This document shows, piece by piece, positions 24,626-38,750 of a stretch of DNA of 64,000 nt. Below the pieces are notes generated by a model that did no database searches, was not told the origin of the DNA, and saw only the letters and a list, made by a program, of their open reading frames with translations. The position numbers and the translations under genes were made by a program. Location of the stretch: the NCBI RefSeq assembly GCF_018350175.1, contig NC_058368.1, forward strand, positions 217,684,001-217,748,000. Reading direction: 5' to 3'. This stretch comes from Felis catus (Eukaryota). Positions within the stretch are counted from its first letter, which is position 1, and each line of letters opens with the position of its first letter.

Positions 24626-27600
24626 ATGGCAATAAATTCATATCGTTCAGTACTCACTCTAAATGTCAATGGACTCAATACTCCAATCAAAAGACATAGG
24701 GTAACAGAATGGATAAGAAAACAAGACCCATCTATACTCTGTTTACAAGAGACCCACTTTAGATCTAAAGACACATACAGGTTGAAAATAAGGGGATGGA
24801 GAACCATCTATCATGCTAATGGTCAACAAAAGAAAGCCCGACTAGCTATATTATATCAGACAATCTAGACGTTAAAATAAAGACTGTATCAAGAGATGCA
24901 GAAGGGCATCATATCATAATCAAGGGGTCTATAGACCAAGAAGACCTAACAATTGTAAACATTTATGCACCAAATGTGGTAACACCCAAATATATAAATC
25001 AATTGATTACAAACATTAAAGAAACTCATCGATAGTAACACCATAATAGTAGGAGACTTCAACACCCCACTCACAGCAATGGACAGATCATCTAATCAAA
25101 AAATCAACAAGGAAACAATGGCTTTGAATGACACATTGGACCAGTTGGACTTAACAGATATATCCAGAACATTTCATCCTAAAGCAGCAGAATATACATT
25201 CTTCTCCAGTGAACATGGAACGTTCTCCAGAATAGACCATATACTTGGACACAAATCAGCCCTAAGTAAGTACAAAAAGATCAATATCATACCGTGCATA
25301 TTTTCAGACCAGAATACCATCAAATTCAAAATCAACCACAGGAAAATATTTGGAAAGGTAACAAATACTTGGAGACTGAAGAACATCCTACTAAAGAATG
25401 AATGGGCTAACCAAGCAGTTAAGAAGAAATTGAAAAGCACATGGAAGTCAATAAAATGATAGCACCACAACCCAAAACCTCTGGTATGCAGCAAGAGCGG
25501 TCATAAGAAGAAAGTATATAGCAATCCAGGCCTTCCTAAACAAGGAAGAAAGATCTCAGATACACAACCTAACCTTATGCCTTAAGGAGCTGGAAAAAGG
25601 ATAGCAAATAAAACCCAAAACCAGCAGAAGACAAGAAATAATAAAGATTAGAGCAGAAATTAATGCTACAACCCCCACCCCCCCAAAAAAAAACAGTAGA
25701 AGAGATCAATGAAACCAGAAGCTGGTTTTTTTAAAGAATTAACAAAATTGATAAACCATTAGCCAGTTTGATCAAGAAGAAAAATTAAAGGACCCAAATA
25801 AGTAAAATCAAGAATGAAAGAGGAAAAATCACAACCAACATAACAGAAATAAAAACAATAATAATAGCATATTATGAGCAAATATATGCCAATAAAATGG
25901 ACAATCTGGAAGAAATGGACAAATTCCTAGAAACATATACACTACCAAAACTGAAACAGGAAGAAATAGAAAATTTGAACGGACCCATAACCAGTAAGGA
26001 AATTGAATTAGTAATAAAAAATCTGCCAAAAAACAAGAGTCCAGGGCAAGATGGCTTTCCAGGGGAATTCTACCACTTAAGGAAGAGTTAACACTTATTC
26101 TCTTGAAGCTGTTCCAAAAAATAGAAATGGAAGAAAAAGTTCCAAACTCTTTCTATGAAGCCAGCATTACCCTGATTCCAAAACCAAACGGAGACTCCCC
26201 TAAAAAGGAGAACTATCGACCAGTTTCCCTAATGAACATGGATGCAAAAATCCTCAACAGGATATTAGCCAACTGGATCCAACAATACATTACAAAAATT
26301 ATTCACCACGACCATGTGGGATTTATACCTGGGATGCAAGGCTGGTTCAATATCTGCAAAATAATTAACGTGATTCATCACATCAATAAAAGAAAGAACA
26401 AGAACTATATGATCCTCTCAATAGATGCAGAGAAAGCATTTGACAAAATACAGCATCCTTTCTTAATAAAAACCCTTAAGAAAGTAGTGATAGAAGGATC
26501 ATACTTCAAGATCATAAAAGCCATATATGAAAGACCCAAAGCTAATATCATTCTCAATGAGGAAAAACTGAGAGCTTTCCCCCTAAGGTCAGGAACAAGA
26601 CAGGGATGTCCACTCTCACCACTGTTATTCAACGTAGTATTGGAAGTCTTAGCCTCAGCAATCAGACAACAAAAAAGAAATAAAAGGCATCCAAATCGGC
26701 CAGGAGGAGGTCAGACTTTCACTCTTCGCAGATGACATGACACTCTACATAGAAAACCCAAAAAGGTTCCACCAAAAAACTGCTAGAACTGATTCATGAA
26801 TTCAGCAAAGTGGCAGGATATAAAATCAGTTCAGAGAAATCGGTTGCATTCCCATACACCAACAATGAAGCAACAGAAAGAGAAATCAAGGAATCGATCC
26901 AATTACAATTGCACCAAAATCCATAAAATAGCTAGGAATAAATCTAACCAAAGAGGTGAAAAATCTATACACTGAAAACTACAGAAAGCTTATGAAAGAA
27001 ATTGAAGAAGACACACATAAAAAATGGAAACAGATTCCATGCTCCTGGATAGGAAGAACAAATAGTGTTAAAATGTCTATACTACCCAAAACAATCTACA
27101 TATTCAACGAATCCCTATCAAAGTAACACCAGCATTCTTCACAGAACTGGAACAAACATTCCTAAAATTTGTATGGAACCAGAAAAGACCCTGAATAGCC
27201 AAAGCAATCTTGAAAAAGATAAGCAAAGCAGGAGACATCACAATCCCAGACTTTAAGCTGTACTACAAAGCAGTAATCATCAAGACAGTATGGTACGGCA
27301 CAAGAACAGACACTCAGATCAATGGAACAGAACAGAGAACCCAGAAATGGACCCACAAATGTATGGCCAACTAATCTTTGACAAAGAAGGAAAGAATATC
27401 CAGTGGAATAAAGACAGTCTCTTCAGCAAGTGGTGCTGGAAAAACTGGACAGCGACATGCAGAAGAATGAACTTGGACCACTTTCTTACACCATACACAA
27501 AAATAAACTCAAAATGGATGAAAGACCTCAATGTAAGACAGGAAGCCATCAAAATCCTTGAGGAGAAAGCAGGCAAAAACCTCTTTGATCTTGGCCGCAG

Positions 27601-28443
27601 CAACTTCTTACTCAACACATCTCTGGAAGCAAGGGAAAGAAAAGCAAAAATGAACTGCTGGGACCTCATCAAAATAAGAAGCTTCTGCACAACGAAGGAA
27701 ACAAACAGTAAAACTAAAGGCAACCGATGGAATGGGAGAAGATATTTGTAAACGACATGTCAGATAAAGGGTTAGTATCCAAAATCTATAAAGAATTTAC
27801 TAAACTCAACACCCAAAAAACAAATAATCCAGTGAAGAAATGGGCAAATGACATGAATAGACACTTCTCCAAAGAAGACATCCAGATGGCCAACCAACAC
27901 ATGAAAAAATGCTCAACATTACTCATCACCAGGGAAATACAAATCAAAACCACAATGAGATACCACCTTACACCTGTCAGAATGGCTAAGGTTAACAACT
28001 CAGGCAACAACAGATGTTGGGGAGGATGCAGAGAAAGAGGTTCTCTTTTGCGTTGTTGGTGGGAATGCAAGCTGGTGCAGCCACTCTGGAAAACATTATG
28101 GAGGTTCCTCAAAAATTAAAAATAGAACTACCCTACGACCCAGCAATTGCAGTACTAGGCATTTATCCATGAGATACAGGGATGATGTTTTGAGGGGACA
28201 CATGCATCCCAATATTTAAAGCAGCACTATCAACAATAGCCAAAGTATGGAAAGAGCCCAAATGTCCATCGATGGATGAATGGATAAAGAAGATGTGGTA
28301 TATATATCTCCAGTGGAGCATTACTCAGCAATCAAAAAGAATGAAATCTTGCCATTTGCAGCTACGTGGATGGAACTAGAGGGTATTGTGCTAAGTAAAA
28401 TTAGTCAGAGAAAGACAACTGTTATAGGACTTCACTCATATGA
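24626..28443 (+). pseudogene. L1 ORF2p remnant (APE endonuclease, reverse transcriptase, C-terminal Cys-rich domain), multiple stops and frameshifts
   Basis: Fragments [60 protein letters not shown], and ttcgcagatgac (FADD) at ~26725. Confidence 0.96.
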
Positions 28444-28839
28444 AGACTTTAAGACACAGAACAGATGAACATAGGGGAAGGGAAGCATAAATAATATGAA
28501 AACAGGAGGGGGACATAACATAAGAGACTCTTAAATATGGAGAACAAACTGAGGGTTACTGGAGGGGTTGTGGGAGGGAGGATGGGCTAAATGGGTAAGG
28601 AGCACTAAGGAATCTATTCCTGAAATTATTGTTGCACTATATACGGACTAATTTGGCATGTAAATTCAAAAAATAAAACTAAAAAATGAAATAAAATAAA
28701 ATGATACAAATAAAAAAACAATAATTAGCCATGTTAATTTTTCTCATACAAAAATTATAGCTATAATTGAAGTCGTGTTAAAGTTGCATGTTTTTAGGCA
28801 TACTTGGGTCTCTATAATATCTAAAGCCTTTCACATTGT

Positions 28840-30485
28840 TCCTTTCATTTATTTATTCTGTCAGTCCATTGTTCTTTCAGCAAATTCTATTATGAGATTA
28901 ATATTGTTAAACGCAGTCTTGTGCATCATTAATATAGTTGTAAGTAAAACAGACAACTTGACTGTAGTCATAGCTTACTGATATAATTTATATTCTAGTG
29001 GAGAAAGTAGACAAGAGAAATACATAAATATAGTGTAAAGGAGGGTTGACTAGGTGCTAGGAAGAAAATAAAGCAGGTTAAGCGAGACCAAGATTCTTAA
29101 GTGGTTATATAGTATTTTATAAAAGGGTATTAGGTAAAGATTCCTTGATATGATAATATTTGAGCAGACACTAGAAGGAAAATAAAGGACAAAAGTGCTT
29201 GAAAATTCTGGGAGATACTTCCCAGGCAGAAAAAAAAACAACCCCAAAAACAAAACAAACGAAAAGGAACCTAAGTCACCAAGCCAGAAATGTGCTTGGC
29301 ATGATTTTTGGGACAACAAAAAGCAAAATGAGAGAAAATATGAATGAGAATGAAGGAATGAGGTTAGAGATAGGTTATAAATATAAGTGGTTCAGGTCAC
29401 ATACATCTTGGAAGACCATTCATATGGAATTCGGATTGTAGTCTGAGTAGGAGTGGAAAACCCTGGAGAATTTGAGCAATATGATGAGACATATTTTTAC
29501 GGCATCACATTTGGTATTGTGGACAACGATGGCTGAAGTGAGGTGGTGAGAATTGGTGAGACAAGGTATATTTCAGTGGAACAACCTATAGTATTGTTGG
29601 TGTATTGAGTGTGATATATTATGGGCAAAGCCCAAAGATGATTGCATAGATTTGGCTTGAGCAAGTAGAAGAATCGAGGTATCTCTTCATTAAAATTGGA
29701 GTACTGCAGAAAGTGTAGGTTTGATAGGGGAATTATAGTTTCACTTAACACACATTAAATTTAAAATGCCTTGTAGACAACAAAGTGCAAATACTTTTCT
29801 GGAGTTAGGAATAAGATCTTGGTAGAAGATATGAATTGCAGCTGATCTATATAGAGAACATTTAAAAAGTTAAAAGATTGTATAAGATCACTTAGTTTTG
29901 TCAAATGCTGCTGACAGTTGAGAAAGATGAAGTTTTCTAACTGTCCATTGAACTTGGCATCCAAGGTCTATTAGTTACCCTGAGAAAAGCTGTGTCAGTG
30001 GAGTCATGAGAAATGAATCATGCCGTAAGTGTTTCCAAAGGAGAAAGAAGTAAACCAGAAGATTTAAAAATGGAAAAGTTTATGTTACTTGGAAGGGCTT
30101 CAGAGTCAAAAGAGAATTTTTAATATTGTGAGATATATAAGCCAAGATAGATGTTAATGAAATGATTTAATAGAAAAAAAAAACATACTGTTAGAGAAAG
30201 TCAAAAGAGGGAACAATTTCTAAAGTGATGGTGAAGAAAGTAAGACATAAAAATCACAAGTGGGTATTTCTAAGAAACCCAAGGAGCATATCCACTGTGA
30301 TGGAAAGAAAGACAAGAACATGGATTCAGACAGATTTGATAAATGTACTGGTAGATATATGTGGGCATTCTCTTCTGATTGCTTCTATTTCTCTGTGAAA
30401 AAATGCTAAAGATATCTTGGATCAAGGCAGGAAAAGGAAGTCTTAAGTGATTTAGGAGGGAGGAGAAGATGTGACATAGGCATCT
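28840..30485 (-). mobile_element. Ancient LINE-2 fragment
   Basis: Reverse L2 motifs: aagtaaaacagacaa..ttctagtggaga, tttgagcagacactagaagga, gtcaaatgctgctgacagttgag..ccattgaacttggca, ttctcttctgattgcttctattt. Confidence 0.8.
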
Positions 30486-31369
30486 AAGAGAGTGCAACTC
30501 TGCCATCAACTGCACTTAAATTTAATTCTGTCTGAAGCAAGGAACACTTAGTCCTTTTCACCCCTTTAAGACTCTAACCCTCACCTATAAGTACAATGGA
30601 CTACAATTTCTTTGGGTTACTACTTGACCCTGAATACTCTTCTCCTCTGATAATACTCTCTGGCGCTTTAGCTTTCTAGTGGTCTCACTCTGAGAGACGT
30701 TAAGTACCACAAAGAATTCCTGGCTTATGGTCTAGGGCATTCCAAGTGATTTTTACACAATACTTTCTTACTAATATTTTGTTGAAAGAATAAATGGTAA
30801 TTCATACAATGATGAAGTCTTAGTTAAGAGATTCACTTTGAAGCCCTCATTATAAGCTTTATACACAATTACCACAGCCTCATAACTGAGGAATATTCCC
30901 AACTACACTATTTACATGGTCCCAGAAACGTAGCGTACAAGCACTAAAGTCTGACAATCCACTTGAAGTAATTAAAATGTTTATCGGTGCTTCTGAAGCC
31001 TAAATCTTCACTAATAATCAGATGCCCTTGTCTTGGCTGCTGAACTTTATTTTAGCATATATTTGAATCTGTAAGCATTATGAAAGTATTCCATTCAGAT
31101 ATCACTATTTGTTTTCCTTCAATTAGATTGTAATTCTTACTTGGAATTTCAATACGATCTTAAATAGTAATTTAAAGACCAGCATTAATTTCACAATAGA
31201 GGCGGTATTTACTCATTTGCATAACAGTCATATTTGAGAGTGGATTTTTGGATGTGATATTACACTAAATTGAGTTGGGATGAACACATATAACACACAT
31301 AACAGTTTTAATAACTGTTCTATATCTTCAGCCAAAAGTACTATTTTTTTTTAAATAAAAGTTACTTCT

Positions 31370-32335
31370 ATCCAGATCTGCCTCCATATACAAAACACTT
31401 TATCATAAAATACTCTCAGCTCCAGACCTACAACCCATATACCTACTTGAATCACTCCCTGGCTGACTCAAAGACAAATTAAACTCAACAAGACCAAACT
31501 GAGGTCATGATTTTTCTACTCTCAAAAGTGATTATCTTCTAGCCTTCACTATCTTAGTAAATGACAACTGATTCCACCCAACTATATAAGTCAGAAAACA
31601 CACTATCACACTCTCCCACACTCTTCATTATCTAATCCATCAACACATTCCAGGCCATTTTTTTCCTCCTAAACACTGTTCAAACACTGTGTCTACTTGT
31701 TTTCCACCTGCAAAACTCCCTTCTTACTCCAAGATATTTCCATATAACTCCTGGAGTCAGCAACAGCCTTTTAATTTGACACCAAGTGCCTTTAGCACTT
31801 TTAAACCATTTTATTTATGCTGTACTCAGGAATATTCTCATAGAGTTAAAATTTTATTTATGTTGCTCCATATCCTTAAAAATAAAAATTAGAAACAATA
31901 ATCAGGGCATTTCTATTGCTCTTAAACTATTTAATGTGACATAGATCTGTCTCCTATATGCCTCTTTAGCTTTGCCTCAAATACACTCCCCATTCTCTTT
32001 AGATATTAGCCATTTTGTCCTTCTCACATTTCTGCAAACGGGACATGCTTCTGCTCAAAGTCACTGTCAGTTGTTCCTTCAATTGCTTGGGACAATATTA
32101 ACTGGATCTCACACATCCTCTCACTTTGTGAAATCATAATCTTCCCTCCAATTTCAAATTAAAGATCTCAGGGGTGCCTGGGTGGCTCAGTCGGTTAAGC
32201 ATCTGACTTCAGGTCATGATCTCAGGGTTTGTGAGTTCCAGCCTCGTATCAGGTTCTGTACTGACAGCTCAGAGCCTGGAACCTGCTTCAGATTCTGTGT
32301 CTCCCTCTCTCTCTGCCCCTCCGTTGCTTGCACTC

Positions 32336-32386
<51 letters not shown>

Positions 32387-32690
32387 AATAAATAAACATT
32401 AAAAAAATTTTTAAATTAAAGATCACATCCTTGGAAAATATTTTTCTGGTCTATCAAATGACTAACTCCTCCTCTTACACCATGTCAAGGTTATTTATTT
32501 TATATTTATTCAAGGTTACATGTACTGTTTCACCAGAGCTATGGTAGTTTACATATATTTGTGTATTTTTGTGATTATTTGCTTGATTACAATCTATTCC
32601 ATTAGATTGAGACTCCACAAGGTTAAGAACCCTGTGTGCTTCACTTTGAACTGAACACATCCTCATTAAATACTAGTTGAGGGAAAAACT
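31370..32690 (+). mobile_element. Ancient LINE-2 fragment, interrupted by a SINE
   Basis: aaactcaacaagaccaaactgagg..atcttagtaaatgacaac..ccattagattgagactccacaagg..ctcattaaatactagttga. Confidence 0.75.
32171..32412 (+). mobile_element. CAN-SINE with (CT)21 tract
   Basis: Canonical head; TSD aaattaaagatctca (32156-32170) / aaattaaagatcaca (32413-32427). Confidence 0.96.
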
Positions 32691-33205
32691 GAATAAGATA
32701 CACAGACACTCTGATATAGAACAATAGTGCTCAGGAGAATCATATAATAATTTTCCAAAGATAGAGCGATTAGAAGCTTACTAGAAGCATTCTGGTTTTA
32801 AACTAACTTAATCATGGTTGTTTGTTTGTTTGTTTGTTTGGTTTGGTTTAATTTGGTTTTCCTTTTTAGAAGTAAAGTGCCAGAGGCAATTCTGGAACCA
32901 ATTACTCAGAAATGCATAAGCTAAAAGAGGATTCTGGAAACATCTTTGTTTCTTGGTTTGTTCAGATGGCAGTTACTCCTATAACAAAATGCATGTTATA
33001 TATATTTAAAAAAAAAGAAAAGAAAAAAGAAAAAGAAATGAACTAAAGTCAAATAACAAAAAAACATATTTAGGTAGATGATATATCTACCTACAGAGAA
33101 AACGTTTATTCTTCAAATGATTGCTTATAAATTATTAGTCAAGTTTTTCATTTTCTTGGGCTAATTTGAATTGAGTTCCTTTTTCAATTGATAATAAGAA
33201 GAGGA

Positions 33206-33393
33206 TTTTTTTCTTTAATTTTAGAAAGATACAGGGAGACCTGGGGAGAGGGGTAGAGGGAGAAAGAGAATCCCAAGCAGGTTCCCACTCAGCACAGAGC
33301 CCAACACAGGGCTTGATCCCACTACCCTGGGATCCTGACCTGAGCTGAAATCAGGAGTTGGATGCTTAACCAACTGAGCCACACAGGTGCCCC
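33206..33393 (-). mobile_element. CAN-SINE (different subfamily: gggcttgatcccactaccctgggatc)
   Basis: Ends ctgagccacacaggtgcccc; TSD aagaagagga / aagatgagga. Confidence 0.93.
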
Positions 33394-33620
33394 AAGATGA
33401 GGAATTTCTTCTATGTAATTATTCTGTTTTGTTTTACAAGAAAAAAAAATATAAAGGTATTATTTAACAAACCCGATTTAACACATATTAAAGTTTATTC
33501 ACTAGAATTTTAAAATTAAGAATCATGATTCTAATCAACATGAATTTTAATATTAATGGAAATTTTCACAAGGGAGTTATTCTCTAGAATCAAGTCTTTT
33601 TTAAAAAATAAATGCATGCT

Positions 33621-33885
33621 AGAGGGGAGGAGGGTTACAGGATGAGCCAATGGGTGAGGGGAAATGGGAGGCACAGGCTTCCAGTTATGGAATGAGTAAG
33701 TCATAGGAATAAAAGGCACAGAATAGGGAATAAAGTCACTGATATTGTGATAGTGTTCAATGGTGACAGATAGCTGCTACGCTTATGGTGAGCATAACAT
33801 AATGTATACAGAAGTTGATTCACTATGTTGTACACCTGAAACTAATGGAACTTTATTTGTCAACTATATTCAAATGAAAAATATT
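33621..33885 (+). mobile_element. 5'-truncated L1 (3'UTR only, L1_Carn-like)
   Basis: gcttccagttatggaatgagtaagtca..cactatgttgtacacctgaaactaat; TSD aaaataaatgcatgct / aaaataaatacatact. Confidence 0.9.
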
Positions 33886-35356
33886 AAAATAAATACATAC
33901 TGTGTAAAAGTATCATTAATTCATAATTTTATGGATAACTACTTCAATTTATATTTTGTGTTTGTAACAGCTTAAGTAAAATAGTCCCTGAAAAGGAAAA
34001 GGAAGATTTGTATTTCCCTGGAGGCTCTCCTCGCACTAACTACTTGGCCTTGGGCAATGCACACTGGCATTCTGGATCTTGCTCTCTCCCTGTCTCAAAT
34101 GGATGTGCTAGTCTTGATTATTTCTAAGGGAACATTCAAAGCCATGATTCTGTGGTTTGATTTTTCTAATTCAAATAGAATACAGTATTAATGTAGTCAT
34201 AGATTTTTATCCCTGGAGTTTCTTTAATGGGGAAATTAAAGTAGCTTAAAGAAAATCACAAAAGTATAAGTAAAAAGGATCCATAGACCTGGGGATTATT
34301 TCCCAATTTGGACAATTTTGTTGCTGAGAGATTGTTTCCATGGTACAGATTCTGTCAAAATCCCTCAGAAAAGATGTCTATATTACCATTATTTGCTCTG
34401 ACAGTATCAGCTGTTAATAGTCTTATACTTCCTTTTCAAAACAGAGTTTGAAGCAAGGACAAAGAATGAAATGGTGTAAACTCATTACTGTGCCAAAATT
34501 TAATTCAAACTCATTATCATTTAAAAACTATAATCTTGCACTCTCTCAAGATGAGATACTCACTCAGGGATACTGCATCATTATCTTTCCTTAGAGACCA
34601 TTAAAAGAAAATTCTCTGCAGGGAAGTGAAGGCCAACAAAAATTACCATCTCATCTATTTAGAACTGGAACATATTTCATCTTTCAATGTATTAGATTTT
34701 CTTAAAAATTAAATTTTTATTTAAAAAATTAAATTAATTTTATATTGCAAGTCAGAAATAAATTACATGTTATGTGTATATATGTAGGTACACATATGTA
34801 CATATGCATGCATCTACATACACATTGTACAAAGTCAGAGCATGTATCATTTAGTAAAATTGTCCTCTGACATACTCTTGCCAGGCTGTCATGAATCATG
34901 GATACCCATTAAAATTTATTACTCAACATATCACTTACTCTTTTAAATAATTACTCTTTACATAACTTTTTTTTTCTTTAAAGTATACACTTGGAGCAAG
35001 TAAAATTAGGTAACAGATTTTTGTATTCAACATATTTTTGTATACTACATGTAATCAAATTGCTGAGTTCTGCTGATCCACCATTTTATTAAAATTAACC
35101 ATAATAATGGAACTTGTCATGCCTTCACTATTTATAAAGTTTTTCTGAATTTGAGTTTTTCTAATATATTGTGCCATTTTATACTTGTGGTGTATACCAG
35201 AATACAGAATCTGAAGCAACAGACAGTCTGCTTTAGTATAATATATACCTTTTATAAAACAGCATATTCCAAAGTACATTGCATTATGTTAATATTGTTA
35301 ATTTTATTCTTTATGTGAGATATTGAAAAGTTATAGTTAATTATTTAGATTTAAAG

Positions 35357-36018
35357 TGTTAGGTAGGTGCTAGACATGAACAGTGGAAGGAACATCTGGA
35401 GGCCTAGTTCCAAGTCCTTGAAGGGGAATGACAGAGGCATGAGCTGGAGGCAAGGATGGTGATAAATAAACTAAACATTAGAAGCCTTGGGGCAAAACAT
35501 CCTGACCTTGTGGCTCCCAACGCTTTGGGGCTGACAGACCAAAGAGCCATAGGTATGACTGTTGGCTCTTCTCTCCCATCTCTGCTCCACCTTAACCCCA
35601 GACTCACTTTAATGCATTTGCATTGTGGGCACAGGCCTCCCTTGGAGAAAGGCTGCCGTGACATTTTTGGTGGAAACCTTGTAGGGTCAAAAACTCCCCC
35701 TCCCAACCTGTGAGAAGAGTCCCTAAATGATTCGAAAAAGCCTCATTAGAGGCCACCTCACAGCACATCACAGCTCCTCACAGACCAGAGACACCCAATA
35801 ATATCCAATCCCAAAACAACCTAGGGTCATTTGCACCTCCTGGAACCTGATGTTCTCCCACCTTGGCACTGTATTGTCGCTTTAATAAACTGCTTTGTGC
35901 TTGCTACTTTCCTTCTGGCTGTCTTGATTTGAGCGTGGGTCCATATGTAAACCTTCTCGTGGGGAATCCAAGGACTGAGACCTCCATTCACACAATGGAG
36001 ACTCTATAACTGGTAACA
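35357..36018 (+). mobile_element. Solo ERV LTR (ERV1-class), 662 bp
   Basis: Inverted termini TGTTA...TAACA, 4-bp TSD AAAG on both sides (35353-35356, 36019-36022), AATAAA at ~35884, GC-richer than the flanks. Confidence 0.9.
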
Positions 36019-36474
36019 AAAGTATTTTTCCATAAAACTAGTATATGATTTTAATTCATTCAACTCATTCTAAAATAAAATATTTTAATGTTCTACTCCA
36101 GATTCCTTACATTTAGTCATCTACCCACATGCAACATAGCAGTTGGCAAATAATTGCTTTTTAATAAATAAATAAATAAATAAGCAAACAAACAAACAAA
36201 CACCTCAGACATATGCATTTCTTTTCATTTGAACTTTGACCAAAATAACCACATCTGGGAATATTTTTTGGTTTGTTCTTGACTTGCTAGTTTCTGTTCT
36301 TATTCACTGGTTTCTATATTTCAACACTGTACTTAGTACTGGTGTTTCCTCTAATTTATCAACTTTTCTGACCTTTGTTCTGAGTGCTTTCTTTGTCTTA
36401 CCACTGTAGTCATAGCTTTACCTAAATGCTGATTTCAAAATCTAAATCTAGATTTGAAATCTAAATATCAAGAG

Positions 36475-37150
36475 AGATAGCACCTGGGTCCCCCTATTTC
36501 TGTGGATGGATAGGAGCCTAACTACTGTGAGCACCCATTCCAAATTCCAAAATCATCACCTGTGTCATAAAGACATAAGAAGTTTTTCTTCTCGTGAAGC
36601 CAATTCGCTAACAGAGGTGGTCACCCCGCTTACAACGTGGATCTGGCATGAACTATGTGTGAAAAATGGTGCTGCCAACTGCTCTTACTTCAAAACTAAT
36701 TACTGTTCATCTTGAGAATACGTTTGCAATGTGTTGTAACTGTTCAACTATATAAAAGGCTGAGATTCCTTTCTATCTTTGCAACCTCTTCGTGGATTGC
36801 CTGGTAGAGCATCACATTCTGATTTCATGCTTATTCAATAAAAAAATTACTTTTAATGCTTACTTATTTTTGAGAGAGAGTGCAATCAGGGGAGGGGCAG
36901 AGACAGAGAGAGAGAGAGAGAGACAGAGAGAGAGAGAGAGGCAGAAAACCCTAAGCAGTCTGGTGCTGTGAGCACAGAGCCCAACGTGGGGCTTGAACTC
37001 CCAAACTGCAAGATCATGCCCTGAGACGAAGTCAGAAGTTTAACCACCTGAGCCACCCAGGAACCTAATAACATTATTTTCTTTCTCTGCTACTTTTATG
37101 GAAGGTCTCTGGGATAGGATATAATTTTGTTTTTAATTATATCTCCCAAA
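36475..37150 (+). mobile_element. Old solo LTR (MER110-like, ERV1), interrupted by a SINE at its polyA signal
   Basis: TATATAAAAGG at ~36750, attcaataa before the SINE, 3' end ttttgtttttaattatatctcccaa; family name from recall. Confidence 0.6.
36849..37065 (-). mobile_element. CAN-SINE
   Basis: GA tract, gggcttgaactc (B box), ctgagccacccaggaacc. Confidence 0.93.
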
Positions 37151-37154
37151 TAAC

Positions 37155-37296
37155 TTAACAGCCCTCAGAAGAAAGGAACACTACCAATGCTTTGATTTTG
37201 TATTTCGAGCCTCTGGAATCTTAACACAGTGCATCTCTGTTATTTAAACCAACCAGTTAGTGACACTTTGTTATGGTAGCCTTGGCAAACTAATCA
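37155..37296 (+). mobile_element. MaLR LTR 3' fragment (MLT1A-D-like)
   Basis: ctttgattttg..gcctctggaa..tctgttatttaaacc..ctttgttatggtagccttggcaaactaatca. Confidence 0.7.
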
Positions 37297-37567
37297 TATG
37301 TTTAGACTAGGGTTTGAATTTAAGGACTGGAAAAAAACTAAAAACCTTAATCCCAGGTTGTTAGACTTCTATTAAAAATCTGCCTACTTTATCCTAAATA
37401 CACATTTCCCTGTAATTTTTCATGGGAGTGGGAAATGTCAATAATAGGATTCTGATATGTGTGAACTTTAGGAACATAATACTTCCCGAATACACATTTT
37501 ACCATTATTTAACACATATCTGATAGCATTACGCGTTTCACCTACTGTGTTAAAGATTAATATCTCA

Positions 37568-37787
37568 GGGGGCGCCTGGGTGGCTTGATCGGTTAAGCGT
37601 TCGACTTTGGCTCAGGTCATGATCCCACGGTCCGTGCGTCGGGCTCTGTGCTGACAGCTCAGAGCCTGGAGCCTGTTTCAGATTCTGTGTCTCCCTCTCT
37701 CTCTGCCCCTCCCCTGTTCATGCTCTGTCTCTCTCTGTCTCAAAAATAAATAAACGTAAAAAAATTTTTTCTAAAATAAAATAAAAA
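37568..37787 (+). mobile_element. Young CAN-SINE (SINEC_Fc-type) with B box deleted
   Basis: ggggcgcctgggtggc head; ccgtg|cgtcggg lacks agttcgagccccg; TSD aatatctcag. Confidence 0.95.
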
Positions 37788-37992
37788 AATATCTCAGAAG
37801 CATATCATTGGCCTCTGTAAAGGAATTCTCTAAGTTTTCACAAGTTCATAGTCTGCTTGAGCTTTAAACCATTCCAGAATCTATTAAAAATTGAGCCCCA
37901 GTTTTAATATCTACCCAAATAATGTCAAGATGAAAAATGATCAGTCAAAAGAGAGATTTTTAGATTTCATTTAGTAACCAATCAAAAATGTT

Positions 37993-38197
37993 GGGGTGTC
38001 TGGGTGGCTCAGTAGGTCAGGTATCAGACTTCAGCTCAGGTCATGATCTTGCAGCTTGTGAGTTTGAGCCCCATGTCGGGCTCTGTGCTGACAGTTCAGA
38101 GTTGGAGCCTGCTTCGGATTCTGTGTCTCCTTCTCTCTCTGTCCCTTCCCCACTCACCCTCTGTCTCTCTCTTTTTCAAAAATAAAGATTAAAAAAG
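37993..38197 (+). mobile_element. CAN-SINE
   Basis: ggggtgtctgggtggctcagtagg head, gagtttgagcccc, CT tract, A tail. Confidence 0.94.
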
Positions 38198-38750
38198 TGT
38201 CTTCAGAAGCCTGTCATAATTTAAAGTAACTTTGTTCATTTTGGCCTTATATCTAGGAATCACACTATCGGAGTGAACCACTGAACTCTCTCCAGAGTGA
38301 TGGGAATCTCTTTCCTGCCAAATTAATAAATTCAGGTTTGATACAAATTATTTTGTTGTAGTAGGTTTTTTTGTAACTCTTAAATACCTCTGTTTATGGA
38401 GATCAACAGACAGACAGAGATGGCTTATGTCCCTCCCAATCCATGATAAGGTAGACCACAGTAAAAGGACATCACAGTTTTGGCTGAGACGTTTCTACAA
38501 CTTTTCACTGTTTAATGGGTCTTCATTCTGACTGTTAACATGTGGAGGAATCCAAGCAATCTCCCACCCATCCCAGCTCTACCAGCCCAATCATTAAAAA
38601 AAAAAAAAAAAAAAAAAAAAGTATCATGGATAAGGATGATAAAAGCAGAAAGAGCCACATCAGTGGAAATCTGTTTTAATTTCTTGTCAGAACAAACAGC
38701 TGGCATCATTCTGCCCCTGTCTTTTCATCCTAACTCTAGCCACGGGGTGC

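Larger units (their letters stand above)
21755..28714 (+). mobile_element. Near-full-length LINE-1 (felid L1, lineage A), inactivated, ~6.96 kb
   Basis: Starts GGGGGAGGAGCCAAGATGGC (YY1 motif), GC-rich 5'UTR, ORF1 and ORF2 remnants, G-rich 3'UTR, A tail; perfect 17-bp TSD aaaacaataattagcca at 21738-21754 and 28715-28731. Confidence 0.98.

Noticed and set aside
36431..36461. AT-rich quasi-palindrome gatttcaaa..aaatctagattt..gaaatc
   Set aside because: Short, low-complexity and imperfect; there is no supporting structure.
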